From Deltaproteobacteria bacterium (GTDB lineage: Bacteria > Desulfobacterota > Binatia > Binatales > Binataceae), in assembly GCA_021780755.1 (NCBI GenBank), contig JAJXYF010000010.1:173238-237237 (forward strand): a DNA stretch of 64,000 bases. The letters are read 5' to 3'. Positions within the stretch are counted from its first letter, which is position 1; the number at the start of each line of letters is the position of its first letter. Position numbers and translations under genes: made by a program. Under the pieces are notes generated by a model. It worked only from the letters and a program-made list of their open reading frames with translations. It did not search any database and was not told where the DNA came from. Of the stretch, positions 29,669 through 41,163 are shown in pieces.

Positions 29669-30535
29669 TTAGCCCCAGTGGAGCTTGTCGCGCCAGATCT
29701 CGAATGAGGGATGGGTGGAACGAATCAGCCGGACGGTAAATTTGCCGCGCGTGATCAGAATCGTGTCGGTCGGTCCGAGCGCCGCGGATTCCTGGCCGTC
29801 GCACGTCAGCATCGCGCCCTGGTCGTCGGCCTTCACGCGAATCTTGAGCTCGAAGGAATCGGGCAGCAGGACGGGCCGGTTGCTGAGCGTATGCGGACAG
29901 ATGGGCGCGAGCACGATCACGCGCAGGCTGGGATAGACGATCGGGCCGCCGGCACTCAGCGCGTAGGCGGTGGACCCGGTCGGCGTCGCGACGATCAGCC
30001 CGTCGGCGCGATAAGTGCAAAACGGGATGTGGTTGGCGATGACGGCGAGTTCGAGCATGCGGCCCACCGTGCGCTTGACGATCACCACGTCGTTGAGCGC
30101 GGAGAATTCCTCGACCGCGCCGGTGCCGTCGCGATGCACCGCGGCGTGGAGCATGATCCGCCCGTCAACCGCGTAATCGCCCTCGACGATTCGTGCCAGC
30201 ATCGGCAGCGCCTCGTCGATGCTGACTTCGGTCAAAAAGCCCAGCCCACCGAGGTTAATGCCGAGGATCGGTTTTTCCAGCTCGCCGATTTCGCGCGCGA
30301 CGCCGAGCAGCGTGCCGTCGCCGCCCAGCACCACCATCAGATCGGCGCGCCGCGGCAGGTCCTCACGGGACACCGGGTCGGCGCCGATCGCCAAGGCGAT
30401 CTCAGCGGCGGCGATCGGCGCGAGTGCATGGCCGCGCATCCATGCGCATAGCTGCACCGCAAGCGCCATTGCCTTGGCGGGGCGGTCCTGCCTGACCACC
30501 ATCCCGATCGTCTTTATAGGTTCGTTCGCCGCCAC
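29669..30535 (-). CDS. nadK: NAD+ kinase
   Basis: GGDGT motif, NxGxLGFL. Conserved nadK-recN gene pair. Confidence 0.9.
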   Translation of the reverse strand: MAANEPIKTIGMVVRQDRPAKAMALAVQLCAWMRGHALAPIAAAEIALAIGADPVSREDLPRRADLMVVLGGDGTLLGVAREIGELEKPILGINLGGLGFLTEVSIDEALPMLARIVEGDYAVDGRIMLHAAVHRDGTGAVEEFSALNDVVIVKRTVGRMLELAVIANHIPFCTYRADGLIVATPTGSTAYALSAGGPIVYPSLRVIVLAPICPHTLSNRPVLLPDSFELKIRVKADDQGAMLTCDGQESAALGPTDTILITRGKFTVRLIRSTHPSFEIWRDKLHWG

Positions 30536-30619
30536 CGCGCTTCCGGATTATCACGCGCCATGGCGGCGGGCAACGCACCGTCCGCTGGGCTTCGGGACAG
30601 AAGCGTAAGCACGGCGAAA

Positions 30620-30637
30620 ATGTTTCACGTGAAACAT
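30620..30637. promoter_or_regulatory. perfect 18-bp palindrome ATGTTTCACGTGAAACAT upstream of nadK-recN (candidate LexA/SOS operator; could alternatively be a terminator hairpin for the upstream gene)
   Basis: Perfect inverted repeat in an AT-rich stretch ~85 bp upstream of the nadK start. A further TGAAAC copy lies 13 bp downstream. Confidence 0.4.
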
Positions 30638-30692
30638 CTTTGCTGAAACTTCGTGGTAAATTCCTGCCTCGCGGAAAGCCACCGCGAGTTCT

Positions 30693-31496
30693 TTAAGAGG
30701 TCATTCCAGGGCGGTCGGCGAGGCCGCCGGCGAGCGCGATTGAAAGCCAGGCGCGAGTCACGGGCGCGGCGAACCCTTTCAAATCAGTTGCCGATGGGGG
30801 CGGCTTTTGAGTCGCTAATCGATCGCCGAACAGTTCGGCAATGAGGCGGCGCAGGGACGCCGCGTCATCCACGTCGTACCAGGTCGCCATCGGCGCGACT
30901 TCCACGCCGAGTTCGGCCGCCCGCTCAAGCGTCTGTGCGAAGACGGCGGCGGTGCTCCACGCGATGTCCTCGAAGATTCGCCAATGCGGATGCTTGAGGC
31001 CGATGAGGCAGTAGCCGCCGTCGTCGGCGCCGGCGATCGCGATCCGGTCACCCGGCCGCACGAGACTGGTCACGGCGCCGGCGAGGATCGACGCGGGAAT
31101 CGTCGGGCTGTCGGAGTTCATCAGCGAGACCGATTCGTAACCGGCTTTGAAGAGGTCGTCCGCGACATTGATCAGCCGCTCGGTGAGGCCGTCGCCACGC
31201 TGCGCGATCAAATTGAATGACGCGGGCAGCAGGCCGTCGAAGCTCGCTTCCATTCCGAGCGGCGCATACGCGACCAGGCCGGCCACGCGCGCGTCCGATT
31301 CGGCCGCGACGATCGCCACGGCGGCCTTGATTGATGCGCATACGTCGCGAATAAAGCATCGGTTCAACTCGGCCGCCTCCGCGTGCGTGAGCGGTGGGAC
31401 CAGTCGGCTCTTGACTGCGCCGGCCACCGGCGCCTTCGCCATGATGACGAGCGCGTGGGAGCGAGGCGGCCTCAGCGGTGCGTTACGGGGTCGCAT
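30693..31496 (-). CDS. DUF2064 / TIGR04282 family GT-A-like glycosyltransferase
   Basis: Characteristic N-terminus LVIMAKAPVAGAVKSRL. 267 aa. Confidence 0.7.
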   Translation of the reverse strand: MRPRNAPLRPPRSHALVIMAKAPVAGAVKSRLVPPLTHAEAAELNRCFIRDVCASIKAAVAIVAAESDARVAGLVAYAPLGMEASFDGLLPASFNLIAQRGDGLTERLINVADDLFKAGYESVSLMNSDSPTIPASILAGAVTSLVRPGDRIAIAGADDGGYCLIGLKHPHWRIFEDIAWSTAAVFAQTLERAAELGVEVAPMATWYDVDDAASLRRLIAELFGDRLATQKPPPSATDLKGFAAPVTRAWLSIALAGGLADRPGMTS

Positions 31497-32820
31497 CGAT
31501 GGATGGCGCTGGCGTCACGGTCGGGGCCGTTGCGGGCGATGGGTTCGCGGTCGGCGTCGTTGACGGCGCCGGAGTGGCGGAGGGTATGGCGACGGTTTGT
31601 GACGAGCCGCCCGTTGCCGCAGCGGCTGGCGCCGGAGAACTTTCCGGCGGGCCGACGGAATCGGGAGCCTCGTTGGTATCCGAAACGTCTTCAGGGACGA
31701 CCTTGAAAAGCGACAAGGGTATCGCACGCGCGCCCGCATCGCCCCTCAATGATGCCGATGGGCTTGCGGTTGGAGTTGCGCTCGCGATCGGCGAAGGCGT
31801 CGCGGCGACGGTCGGCGTCGGCGTTTCCTCTGGTGACGATTCTTCGGCGGGCGAAGACGGTGTCTCGGACGCTGTCGGACTCGCGATCGGCGATGGAATT
31901 TCCACCGGCGTCGGCGCCGGGGTTGGCATCGCCGTAGCGGTTGGCGACGGCGATGGAGTCGCGGACGGAAGCGGCGCTGGCGTTGGCGACTCCGTCGCGG
32001 TTGGAGTTGGACCAGGCGATGCAGTTTCCGATGGTGTCGCGGTCTGCGAAGGCGTTGAAGTTGCCGTCGGCGCGGCTGTAGGCGTCGGCGCGGGACGCGC
32101 GCTCGGAGTCGCGTTCGCAATGGGCGCCGGCGTGGCTGAAAGCAGAGCGGCGGGCGCCGCGGATGGAGCGGCTGCCGGGGTTGGCGAAGGTGCCTCGGCC
32201 GGACCGATCTGTTGCTCGGTCATCGGTGCGGAGGCGGAGCCTGGTTGTGAGGAATCGGGACTCGACGACGACTCATCGGCGGGGGCCGGCGGCAGTGACT
32301 GCGCTTGCGGGGGTTGCGCCATCGGGCGGCGCGAGTCATCTTCGGAAGCGCCGTTGTCGGTCGAGGCGGAGGATGCCTGCGCGGCGCGGGTCGCGAGATT
32401 GCTCGCGTAAGCGATTGCGGTGACCTCGAGCGGGGCGCCGCGGGAGTTCGTGGAGCTGAGGACGATTGCGTCCGCACCCATCGCGCAGGCGTTCTGATCG
32501 ATCATCAAGCGGGTGTCGTGACGATTCAAATCTCCGCCGGGAACCTGGATCGCGCCGAGTTCGCGACAGAGTTGCGACGGCATCGCGGTGAGCGTTTCGA
32601 TCGCGCAATCGGAAGGCCGCGGCGGAATATTCTCGGAGATCACGCGGGAGACGTTCACCGGCGTTGTGATGGGAATCTGCGGCGCGGCGGGCGCGCACGA
32701 TGCGGCAAGGGCGGCGCACGCGATCAGCACCGACGATTGGATAATTCCCACGTGCAACGAATACCGGCGCGTCAGCGCCCCCGCAAGCACAGGGGTGAGG
32801 CGGAGCGGGGCCGCTCGCAT
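31483..32820 (-). CDS. secreted protein: signal peptide + ~150-aa domain + ~300-aa Pro/Thr/Ser/Ala-rich low-complexity tail
   Basis: Start at MRAAPLRLTPVLAGAL (signal/lipobox-like ...AASC). Long PT-rich C-terminus (TPSPSPTATAMPTPAPTP...). 3' end overlaps the DUF2064 gene by 14 bp. Confidence 0.6.
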   Translation of the reverse strand: MRAAPLRLTPVLAGALTRRYSLHVGIIQSSVLIACAALAASCAPAAPQIPITTPVNVSRVISENIPPRPSDCAIETLTAMPSQLCRELGAIQVPGGDLNRHDTRLMIDQNACAMGADAIVLSSTNSRGAPLEVTAIAYASNLATRAAQASSASTDNGASEDDSRRPMAQPPQAQSLPPAPADESSSSPDSSQPGSASAPMTEQQIGPAEAPSPTPAAAPSAAPAALLSATPAPIANATPSARPAPTPTAAPTATSTPSQTATPSETASPGPTPTATESPTPAPLPSATPSPSPTATAMPTPAPTPVEIPSPIASPTASETPSSPAEESSPEETPTPTVAATPSPIASATPTASPSASLRGDAGARAIPLSLFKVVPEDVSDTNEAPDSVGPPESSPAPAAAATGGSSQTVAIPSATPAPSTTPTANPSPATAPTVTPAPSIDATP

Positions 32821-32933
32821 TGCACGGCCTTTCGTATAAAATTGCAATCGGCCAAAAAAGCGACGGCGGTAATCATCCGATGGCATCGAAAGTTGAAGCG
32901 AAAGCCGCGGCGGGCGCGACCCGCGCGGCGGGT

Positions 32934-34798
<1,865 letters not shown>

Positions 34799-34841
34799 CC
34801 GATGGCGCCAACCTCAGCCGCTGGACTACAATGGAAGAGCC

Positions 34842-35294
34842 ATGGCGCTCAAAGGCACATACGAGACCATCAAGCAGGCCTTCCAGGATATCATCGCGCC
34901 GCAGTTGGAACGGATAAACGGGGAAATCGCCGGGCTCAAGACTCAGATACATTCGCTGGAAAGACGCACTGACGAGGGGTTCGTTTCCATTCGCAATGAG
35001 ATGGGCTCCTTAGAAAAGCGGATGGATGCAGGGTTTGCGTCCGTCCGCAGCGAGGTGGGCTCGCTGGAGAAGCGGATGGAGGAAGGGTTCGCCTCGGTTC
35101 GCAACGAGATGGACTCGCTACGTGGAGAGATGGGATCCTTACGCGGTGAGATGGGCTCGCTGCGCAACGAAATGGATTCGCTGCGCGGTGAGATGCGCCA
35201 GGGATTCGCCTACTCCAACAAGCGTGTGGACGAAGTCCTCGAGATTCGCGAGCGCCTCGCGGTGTTGGAAGCGAAGCTGGCCACTCGGAATTAA
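34842..35294 (+). CDS. coiled-coil tandem-repeat protein (degenerate 11/18-residue repeats, e.g. SLEKRMDAGFASVRSEVG, EMGSLRG)
   Basis: 150-aa ORF with internal peptide repeats visible directly in the translation. Confidence 0.55.
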   Translation: MALKGTYETIKQAFQDIIAPQLERINGEIAGLKTQIHSLERRTDEGFVSIRNEMGSLEKRMDAGFASVRSEVGSLEKRMEEGFASVRNEMDSLRGEMGSLRGEMGSLRNEMDSLRGEMRQGFAYSNKRVDEVLEIRERLAVLEAKLATRN

Positions 35295-35300
35295 CCCCCC

Positions 35301-36764
35301 TCAATAAGCTTTCGCGAACAGCGCGCGCTCGGACGCCGGCTCGCCGCAGACGACGCATTTGCCCGGCGGATGGGATTGGTTGAGCGGAATCGCGCGGCAG
35401 GTCGCGCGCGTCTCCTCGCGTATCTTCGTCTCGCAGACCGGATTGCCGCACCAGTAAACGTCGGCGAAACCGCCGCCACCTTCACCTTCCATCTGGGTCC
35501 GCAATTGATCGTAGCTCATCACCGGATGCGTGTTGGCGTCCATCGCGGCGCGCGCCTGCACGAGCATGTTCTTCTGGATTTCGCTGAGTAGTGCGGTCGC
35601 ACGTACCGCAACTTCGTTCATTGCCGCCTTCGATTTTCCCGCCGGTCCCGGAATATCCCGGCGCGCGAGCACGACCTCTCCCGAAGCGACGTCGCGCGGG
35701 CCGATCTCGACGCGCAGCGGCACACCGCGCATCTCCCAATCGTTGAACTTGAAGCCGGGGGTGACGCCGTCGCGTTCGTCGAGTCGCGCGCGGATGCCCG
35801 CGTTCTCGAGTGCGAGCAGGATCGATCGCGCGGCCGTCACCACGCGCTCGCCCTCGTCGGCCTTGCGCCAGATCGGCACGATCACCACCTGCGTTGACGC
35901 GACCGCCGGCGGCAGCCGCAAGCCCTGGTCGTCGCCGTGGGTCATGATGATCGCGCCGAGCAGCCGCGTCGAGACGCCCCAACTCGTCTGCCACGGATGC
36001 ACCAGTTCGTTTTTCTCGTCGAGAAAACGAATCTCGAAGGCGCGCGCGAAGTTCTGCCCAAGGAAATGCGACGTGCCGCATTGTAGCGCGCGTCCATCGC
36101 CCATCAGCCCCTCGATCGTGTAGGTCTCCTCGGCGCCGGGGAAGCGCTCGGCGGCGCTTTTGCGTCCCGCGACGATCGGTATCGCGAGGATTTCCTCGGC
36201 GAACTTGCGATAGACCTCGAGCATCGTCAGCGTCTCGGCCTCCGCCTCGGCCCGCATGGCATGCGCGGTATGGCCCTCCTGCCATAGGAACTCCGTCGTG
36301 CGCAAAAAGATTCGCGTGCGCATTTCCCAGCGCACCACGTTGCACCACTGGTTGATCATCAGCGGCAGGTCGCGATGCGAATGAATCCACTGCGCGAACA
36401 TATGATTGATGATGGTCTCGGAGGTCGGCCGCACGATCAGCGGCTCTTCGAGTTCCTTGCCGCCCCCATGCGTCACGACCGCGACCTCGGGCGCAAAGCC
36501 CTCGACGTGCTGCGCCTCCTTGTGCAGGAAGCTCTGCGGGATGAAGAGCGGAAAGTACGCGTTGCGCGCTCCGGTCTTCTTGATGCGCCGGTCGAGTTCG
36601 TCGCGCAGCGCCTCCCAGATGGCGAAGCCGTCGGGCCGAAACACGATACATCCGCGCACCGGCGAATAGTCGGCGAGTTCGGCGCGAAGGATCAGATCGT
36701 TGTACCAGGCGGCGAAGTCCTGGCTGCGCGGGGTGACTTTTTTCTCGTCGGGCTTGTCGGTCAT
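35301..36764 (-). CDS. proS: prolyl-tRNA synthetase, archaeal/eukaryotic-like type (with C-terminal Zn-binding ProRS-C1 domain)
   Basis: Class II motifs, no INS editing domain, C-terminal CxxC...CxxC ending in Y. Start at the internal Met MTDKPDEKK, computed from the ORF frame. Confidence 0.9.
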   Translation of the reverse strand: MTDKPDEKKVTPRSQDFAAWYNDLILRAELADYSPVRGCIVFRPDGFAIWEALRDELDRRIKKTGARNAYFPLFIPQSFLHKEAQHVEGFAPEVAVVTHGGGKELEEPLIVRPTSETIINHMFAQWIHSHRDLPLMINQWCNVVRWEMRTRIFLRTTEFLWQEGHTAHAMRAEAEAETLTMLEVYRKFAEEILAIPIVAGRKSAAERFPGAEETYTIEGLMGDGRALQCGTSHFLGQNFARAFEIRFLDEKNELVHPWQTSWGVSTRLLGAIIMTHGDDQGLRLPPAVASTQVVIVPIWRKADEGERVVTAARSILLALENAGIRARLDERDGVTPGFKFNDWEMRGVPLRVEIGPRDVASGEVVLARRDIPGPAGKSKAAMNEVAVRATALLSEIQKNMLVQARAAMDANTHPVMSYDQLRTQMEGEGGGGFADVYWCGNPVCETKIREETRATCRAIPLNQSHPPGKCVVCGEPASERALFAKAY

Positions 36765-36983
36765 GCGAGCGGCTTTTCCAAGTGAGTTTTGCGAATCGAA
36801 AATCAAATCATATACGGGCGTGCGCCGGGACGCATCGGCCGGGCTCCTTGACGCGCCGCGTAGCGCCCGGTTCAATCATCTGAATGCGCGGTTGCGCGCC
36901 CAGAGCTTAAGCGCCGGAGCCGGCGCATATCAACACTACGTATGCGGCTTGGCGGTCAGCGGGCGGGGATCAGGAGATTGTCG

Positions 36984-37697
36984 ATGAGATCAGCAATCGC
37001 AGCCTTCGCGCTGCTAACGATCGCATTCGCTATGCCGACGGGCGCCGTGGCCGAGAGCGGGGCGAGCGCGAATCAGCGCACGATGCAGGTGGCGGGCAAC
37101 GGCGAAGCGCACGCGGCGCCCGACCTTGCGGTGCTAAGCCTCGCGATCGAAACCCATGCGTCCACCGCGGCCGACGCGGCCGGTCGCAACGGCGCTCTCG
37201 CGCAGAAGGTCAGCGAGGCGCTCAAAGCCAAGCTCGGCGACAAGGGTAAGACGTGGACCGGCGGTTATTCGCTCTATCCCGAATATGAGAATGAGTCCCG
37301 CCCCAACGCGAAACCGGTCATCACGGGGTATCAGGCGCAGAATACGATCACGGTGCAGACCGGCGCACTCGACCTGGTTGGTCCGCTGATCGACGCGGCG
37401 ATCGCGGCCGGCGCCAATCGCGTAAACTCGCTCGACTTCAACCTGCGCGACGACACCCACGCGCGTAACGAGGCGATCACGATGGCGGCGAAGGACGCGC
37501 AGGCCCAGGCACAGGCGCTCGCCGCCGCGCTCGGCCTCAAGCTCGGGCCGATCATCAACGCGACCACCGTGAGCAACGTCGGTCCGCAGCCGGTCATGTT
37601 CCGGGCCTCCGCGATGAGCGTGAATAGCGCAACCCCGGTATCGCCGGCCGAGGTCTCGGTGCCGGCCACGGTTTCACTGACCTATCAGATTGAGTAG
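36984..37697 (+). CDS. SIMPL-domain (DUF541) periplasmic protein
   Basis: Signal peptide from MRSAIAAFALL. SIMPL-like body. 237 aa. Confidence 0.7.
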   Translation: MRSAIAAFALLTIAFAMPTGAVAESGASANQRTMQVAGNGEAHAAPDLAVLSLAIETHASTAADAAGRNGALAQKVSEALKAKLGDKGKTWTGGYSLYPEYENESRPNAKPVITGYQAQNTITVQTGALDLVGPLIDAAIAAGANRVNSLDFNLRDDTHARNEAITMAAKDAQAQAQALAAALGLKLGPIINATTVSNVGPQPVMFRASAMSVNSATPVSPAEVSVPATVSLTYQIE

Positions 37698-37793
37698 CCA
37701 ACGCGCATGACCCGAGATCCATTGATAGCGTGGCATGACTTCGATTGAGCGCGTAGCCTGTTAGCGATTGATACTCATGACACGGACCGAAAA

Positions 37794-38321
37794 ATGCTGA
37801 AGCCAGGTGATCCCGCGCCGCCGTTCGACTTGCCGTGCGCGCTCGACGACAAGCTGACCCATCTCAGCCTCGCGAGCATCCGCTCCGAGATCGTGGTGCT
37901 GTTCTTTTACCCGCGCGACTTCTCGTTCATCTGCCCGACCGAGGTCATCGGCTTTCACAAGGCGCAGGCCGCCTTCAAGGCCGAGCAGACCAGCATCGTT
38001 GGAATCAGCGTTGACGACGCCGAGACTCATCGGCGCTGGGCGCGTGAACTCGGCGGCATCGGCTACCCGCTGCTCGCCGACGAGGGCGGCAAGGTCGCGC
38101 GCACCTTCGGCATCTTCGACGAAAAGCAAAATGTGGCGTTGCGGGCGAGCTTCATCCTTGACGCAAAGCGCACCATTCTTTACGCGGTCGTGAGTCCGAC
38201 CAACGTCGGCCGCAGCGTCAGCGAAACCCTGCGCGTGGTGTGCGCGCTCCGCTCGGGCAAACTGTGCCCCGCGGATTGGGAACCGGGCAATGATTTCGGC
38301 CCCACTGACGCGAAGTATTAA
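37794..38321 (+). CDS. peroxiredoxin (AhpC/TSA family)
   Basis: FFYPRDFSFICPTE peroxidatic-Cys motif. 175 aa. Confidence 0.85.
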   Translation: MLKPGDPAPPFDLPCALDDKLTHLSLASIRSEIVVLFFYPRDFSFICPTEVIGFHKAQAAFKAEQTSIVGISVDDAETHRRWARELGGIGYPLLADEGGKVARTFGIFDEKQNVALRASFILDAKRTILYAVVSPTNVGRSVSETLRVVCALRSGKLCPADWEPGNDFGPTDAKY

Positions 38322-38327
38322 ACTGCC

Positions 38328-39059
38328 TTGGCCGCTCCTAACCCGGAAGAAAATCGGCGCACCTTCGATCGGCTCGCCAACATCCGCGAGATCGTGTTCG
38401 GGGTCCAGGACGGCGTGCTGACTACCGCCGGGGTACTTGCCGGCTTGAGCGGCGCGGTCTCCGTCCGCTCCCAGGTGATTCTGGCCGCGCTCGCCTCGAC
38501 CGTCGCCGGCGCGCTCTCGATGGGCGCCGGGGCATATCTCGGCAGGCATGCCGAATCCGCCGTCTTGCGCAGCGAACTCGACCGCGTGCGCCGCGAATCC
38601 GCCGACCAGCCCTACGTCGTCCAGGAGAGCCTGCTTGACGCGCTGGCCAAGGAGGGCCTCAGCCGCGAGACCGGCTACCGCGTGGTTAAGTTGTTGAGCT
38701 CGTCGCCCAACTCACTGTATTCGACCGCGGAAGAAAAAATTTACGGAATGACCGCCACGACCTTTGGCAATGCGATAGTTGAAGGCCTGCTGATGGGCGT
38801 GGCGTTCCTCGTCGGCGCGCTGGTGCCGCTGCTGCCGTTCGTCCTCATCGCCTCAGTGCGCACCGGACTCATCGCGGGTTTGGCCACCACCGCCATTACG
38901 CTGTTCGCCGTCGGCTATATCTTCGAAGGCCACTTGAGCGGCGCGCGCCAACCGTCGCTGGCCGGTCTGCGCTTCCTCGCGATCGCGCTCAGCGCCGCAA
39001 CTATCGGCTACGTGATTGGTCTTCTCATCGCCCCGATCGGCACGGTGCCCGCCGGATGA
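38328..39059 (+). CDS. VIT1/CCC1 family Fe/Mn transporter
   Basis: IVFGVQDGVLTTAGV motif and C-terminal TM bundle. 243 aa. Confidence 0.75.
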   Translation: MAAPNPEENRRTFDRLANIREIVFGVQDGVLTTAGVLAGLSGAVSVRSQVILAALASTVAGALSMGAGAYLGRHAESAVLRSELDRVRRESADQPYVVQESLLDALAKEGLSRETGYRVVKLLSSSPNSLYSTAEEKIYGMTATTFGNAIVEGLLMGVAFLVGALVPLLPFVLIASVRTGLIAGLATTAITLFAVGYIFEGHLSGARQPSLAGLRFLAIALSAATIGYVIGLLIAPIGTVPAG

Positions 39060-39358
39060 AGTTGCGCACCTACTCCTCGCTCGCTGCCTTCATGGCGCAT
39101 TATTCCGCGGTGCGTTACGCGCCGGCCGATCGTGCCGGCGCCGCGCGCGCGGATGCATCCGCCCCTGATGACGCCGCGACGCTGAATGAAATGGAACGCC
39201 TGCTCGGCGATCTGAGCGCTGCCGATCGCGACGCGCTTCATGACGATGCGGTGTCGAACGCGAACGCGCCCTCCACCGGCGCGGCCCAACGCCATCGTGC
39301 CCGCGCCGAAATGCATCTGCGCCGCCTGCTTGCCGCGCGCGGCCTCCTCGCCGGCTAG
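39056..39358 (+). CDS. hypothetical small protein (100 aa, Ala/Asp-rich)
   Basis: High GC3. The ATG overlaps the VIT gene stop (ATGA). No family recognised. Confidence 0.35.
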   Translation: MKLRTYSSLAAFMAHYSAVRYAPADRAGAARADASAPDDAATLNEMERLLGDLSAADRDALHDDAVSNANAPSTGAAQRHRARAEMHLRRLLAARGLLAG

Positions 39359-39373
39359 CCGACGCGCCCCACG

Positions 39374-40303
39374 ATGCTCGCCTATGTCATCCGCCGCATC
39401 GTCTTCGGCGCCGCCGTGCTGCTCGGCACCTCGCTCATCACCTTCGTCATCGCCTTCGTGATTCCCGCGGATCCTGCCGTCGCGATGGCCGGCGCCAAGG
39501 CCGATCCCGCCACGCTCGCCGCGATTCGCACCGAACTCGGTCTCGACCAGCCGATTTATATTCAATACGCGCGCTATGTCGATCGCGCGTTACACGGCGA
39601 CCTCGGCCGCTCCTACATCCGCCGCGAGGAGGTCGCCGGCCTCATCATCAGCCGCTTCCCCGCAACCGCGATTCTCGCGCTCGCCGCGATGGCCCTGTCG
39701 CTCGCCCTCGGCATCCCGATGGGCATGCTCGCCGCCGCCCATCGCGAACGCGCCCTCGATAACCTCCTCCTGGTGCTCTCGCTCGGCCTCGTTTCGATTC
39801 CGGTCTTCTGGCTCGGCACCATCCTGCTGATCGTCGGCGGTCTCTACCTCCATTGGTTTCCGCTCGGCGGCTTCGACGGCCCGAAGAGTCTCGTCCTGCC
39901 CGCGATTACGCTCGCGCTCGGCAGCGCCGGCTACTACTCGCGCATCCTGCAGACCAACCTGGCCGACGCGATGGATCAGGAATACGTCCGCACCGCGCGC
40001 GGCAAGGGTCTCTCCCTGCGCGCCGCGATGTTCAAGCATGCGATGGCCAATGCGATGCTGCCGCTGGTCACACTCGCTGGTCTCGACTTCGCCGGTCTGC
40101 TCTCCGGCGTCGTGCTCACCGAGACGGTCTTCGACTGGCCGGGTCTCGGCCGGCTCGCCTTCGAAGCGGTCTTCAATCTCGACATCCCGCTCGTCATGGG
40201 CACCGTGCTGTTCGCCGCCGCGCTCGTCGTAATCGCTAATCTCGTCGTTGACCTGCTCTACGCATGGCTCGATCCGCGCATCCGGCTCGGCCAACAGTTG
40301 TGA
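39374..40303 (+). CDS. ABC transporter permease (DppB/OppB type)
   Basis: 6-TM permease with EAA-type loop. 309 aa. Confidence 0.85.
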   Translation: MLAYVIRRIVFGAAVLLGTSLITFVIAFVIPADPAVAMAGAKADPATLAAIRTELGLDQPIYIQYARYVDRALHGDLGRSYIRREEVAGLIISRFPATAILALAAMALSLALGIPMGMLAAAHRERALDNLLLVLSLGLVSIPVFWLGTILLIVGGLYLHWFPLGGFDGPKSLVLPAITLALGSAGYYSRILQTNLADAMDQEYVRTARGKGLSLRAAMFKHAMANAMLPLVTLAGLDFAGLLSGVVLTETVFDWPGLGRLAFEAVFNLDIPLVMGTVLFAAALVVIANLVVDLLYAWLDPRIRLGQQL

Positions 40304-40338
40304 CGGATCAAATGTGACCCGATGAGGCTGCGCGCGCG

Positions 40339-41163
40339 ATGAAGTTCCGGCCCAACGCGATGGAGGCCGTCGGCGCCCTGATGGTGCTGAGCCTCGTCCT
40401 CGTCGCGATCCTCGCGCCGTGGCTCGCGCCCTATGATCCAACCCGCGCCGTCGCCAATACCTTCGGCGATCCCGCGGCGCCCTCACGGATGTATCCGCTG
40501 GGCACCGATCAACTCGGCCGCGACGTGCTTTCGCGCATCATCTTTGGCGCGCGCATCTCGTTGACGGTCGGCGTCGCCGCGATGGCCGTCACGATGACGA
40601 TCGGCGTGACTATCGGCCTCACCGCCGGCTTCTTCGGCGGCGCTCTCGACTTCGCCCTGATGCGCTTTACCGACGTGATGCTCACGCTGCCCGCGCTGCT
40701 GCTCGCGATGGCCTTCGTCGCGGTGCTGCAACCGAGCATCCTCAGCATCCTGCTCGTGATCGGACTGGTCTCGTGGACGCAGATCGCACGCGTTGTCCGC
40801 GCCGAGGCGCTCTCGATGACCCAGCGGGACTTCGTCGTCGCGGCGTGCGCGCTCGGCGCCCCGTCCGCGCGTCTCATCGTGCGCCATGTGATGCCGAACG
40901 TGATGCCGATAATCGTCGTGATGGCAGTGCTCGGTACCTCCGGCACGCTGCTGCTCGACGCTGGTCTCTCCTTCCTCACGCTCGGCGTGCCGCCGCCGAC
41001 GCCAAGCTGGGGCCGCATGATCGAGGAGGCGACCACCTACTTCCGCGTCGCGCCGTGGCTCGCAATCTTTCCCGGCCTGGCGATCTTTTACGCGGTGCTC
41101 GGCTTCAACCTCCTCGGCTACGGCTTTCTGCGCCGCCGCGCCCGCGCCGCCAGTGCTCTATGA
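40339..41163 (+). CDS. ABC transporter permease (DppC/OppC type)
   Basis: 274 aa, typical OppC-like N-terminus. Confidence 0.85.
   Translation: MKFRPNAMEAVGALMVLSLVLVAILAPWLAPYDPTRAVANTFGDPAAPSRMYPLGTDQLGRDVLSRIIFGARISLTVGVAAMAVTMTIGVTIGLTAGFFGGALDFALMRFTDVMLTLPALLLAMAFVAVLQPSILSILLVIGLVSWTQIARVVRAEALSMTQRDFVVAACALGAPSARLIVRHVMPNVMPIIVVMAVLGTSGTLLLDAGLSFLTLGVPPPTPSWGRMIEEATTYFRVAPWLAIFPGLAIFYAVLGFNLLGYGFLRRRARAASAL

Noticed and set aside
31478-32410. 310-aa + strand Gly/Ala/Val-rich ORF
   Set aside because: It is the mirror reading of the PT-rich coding region on the minus strand. The minus-strand ORF has a signal peptide and coherent domain layout, so it is preferred. Both remain formally possible.
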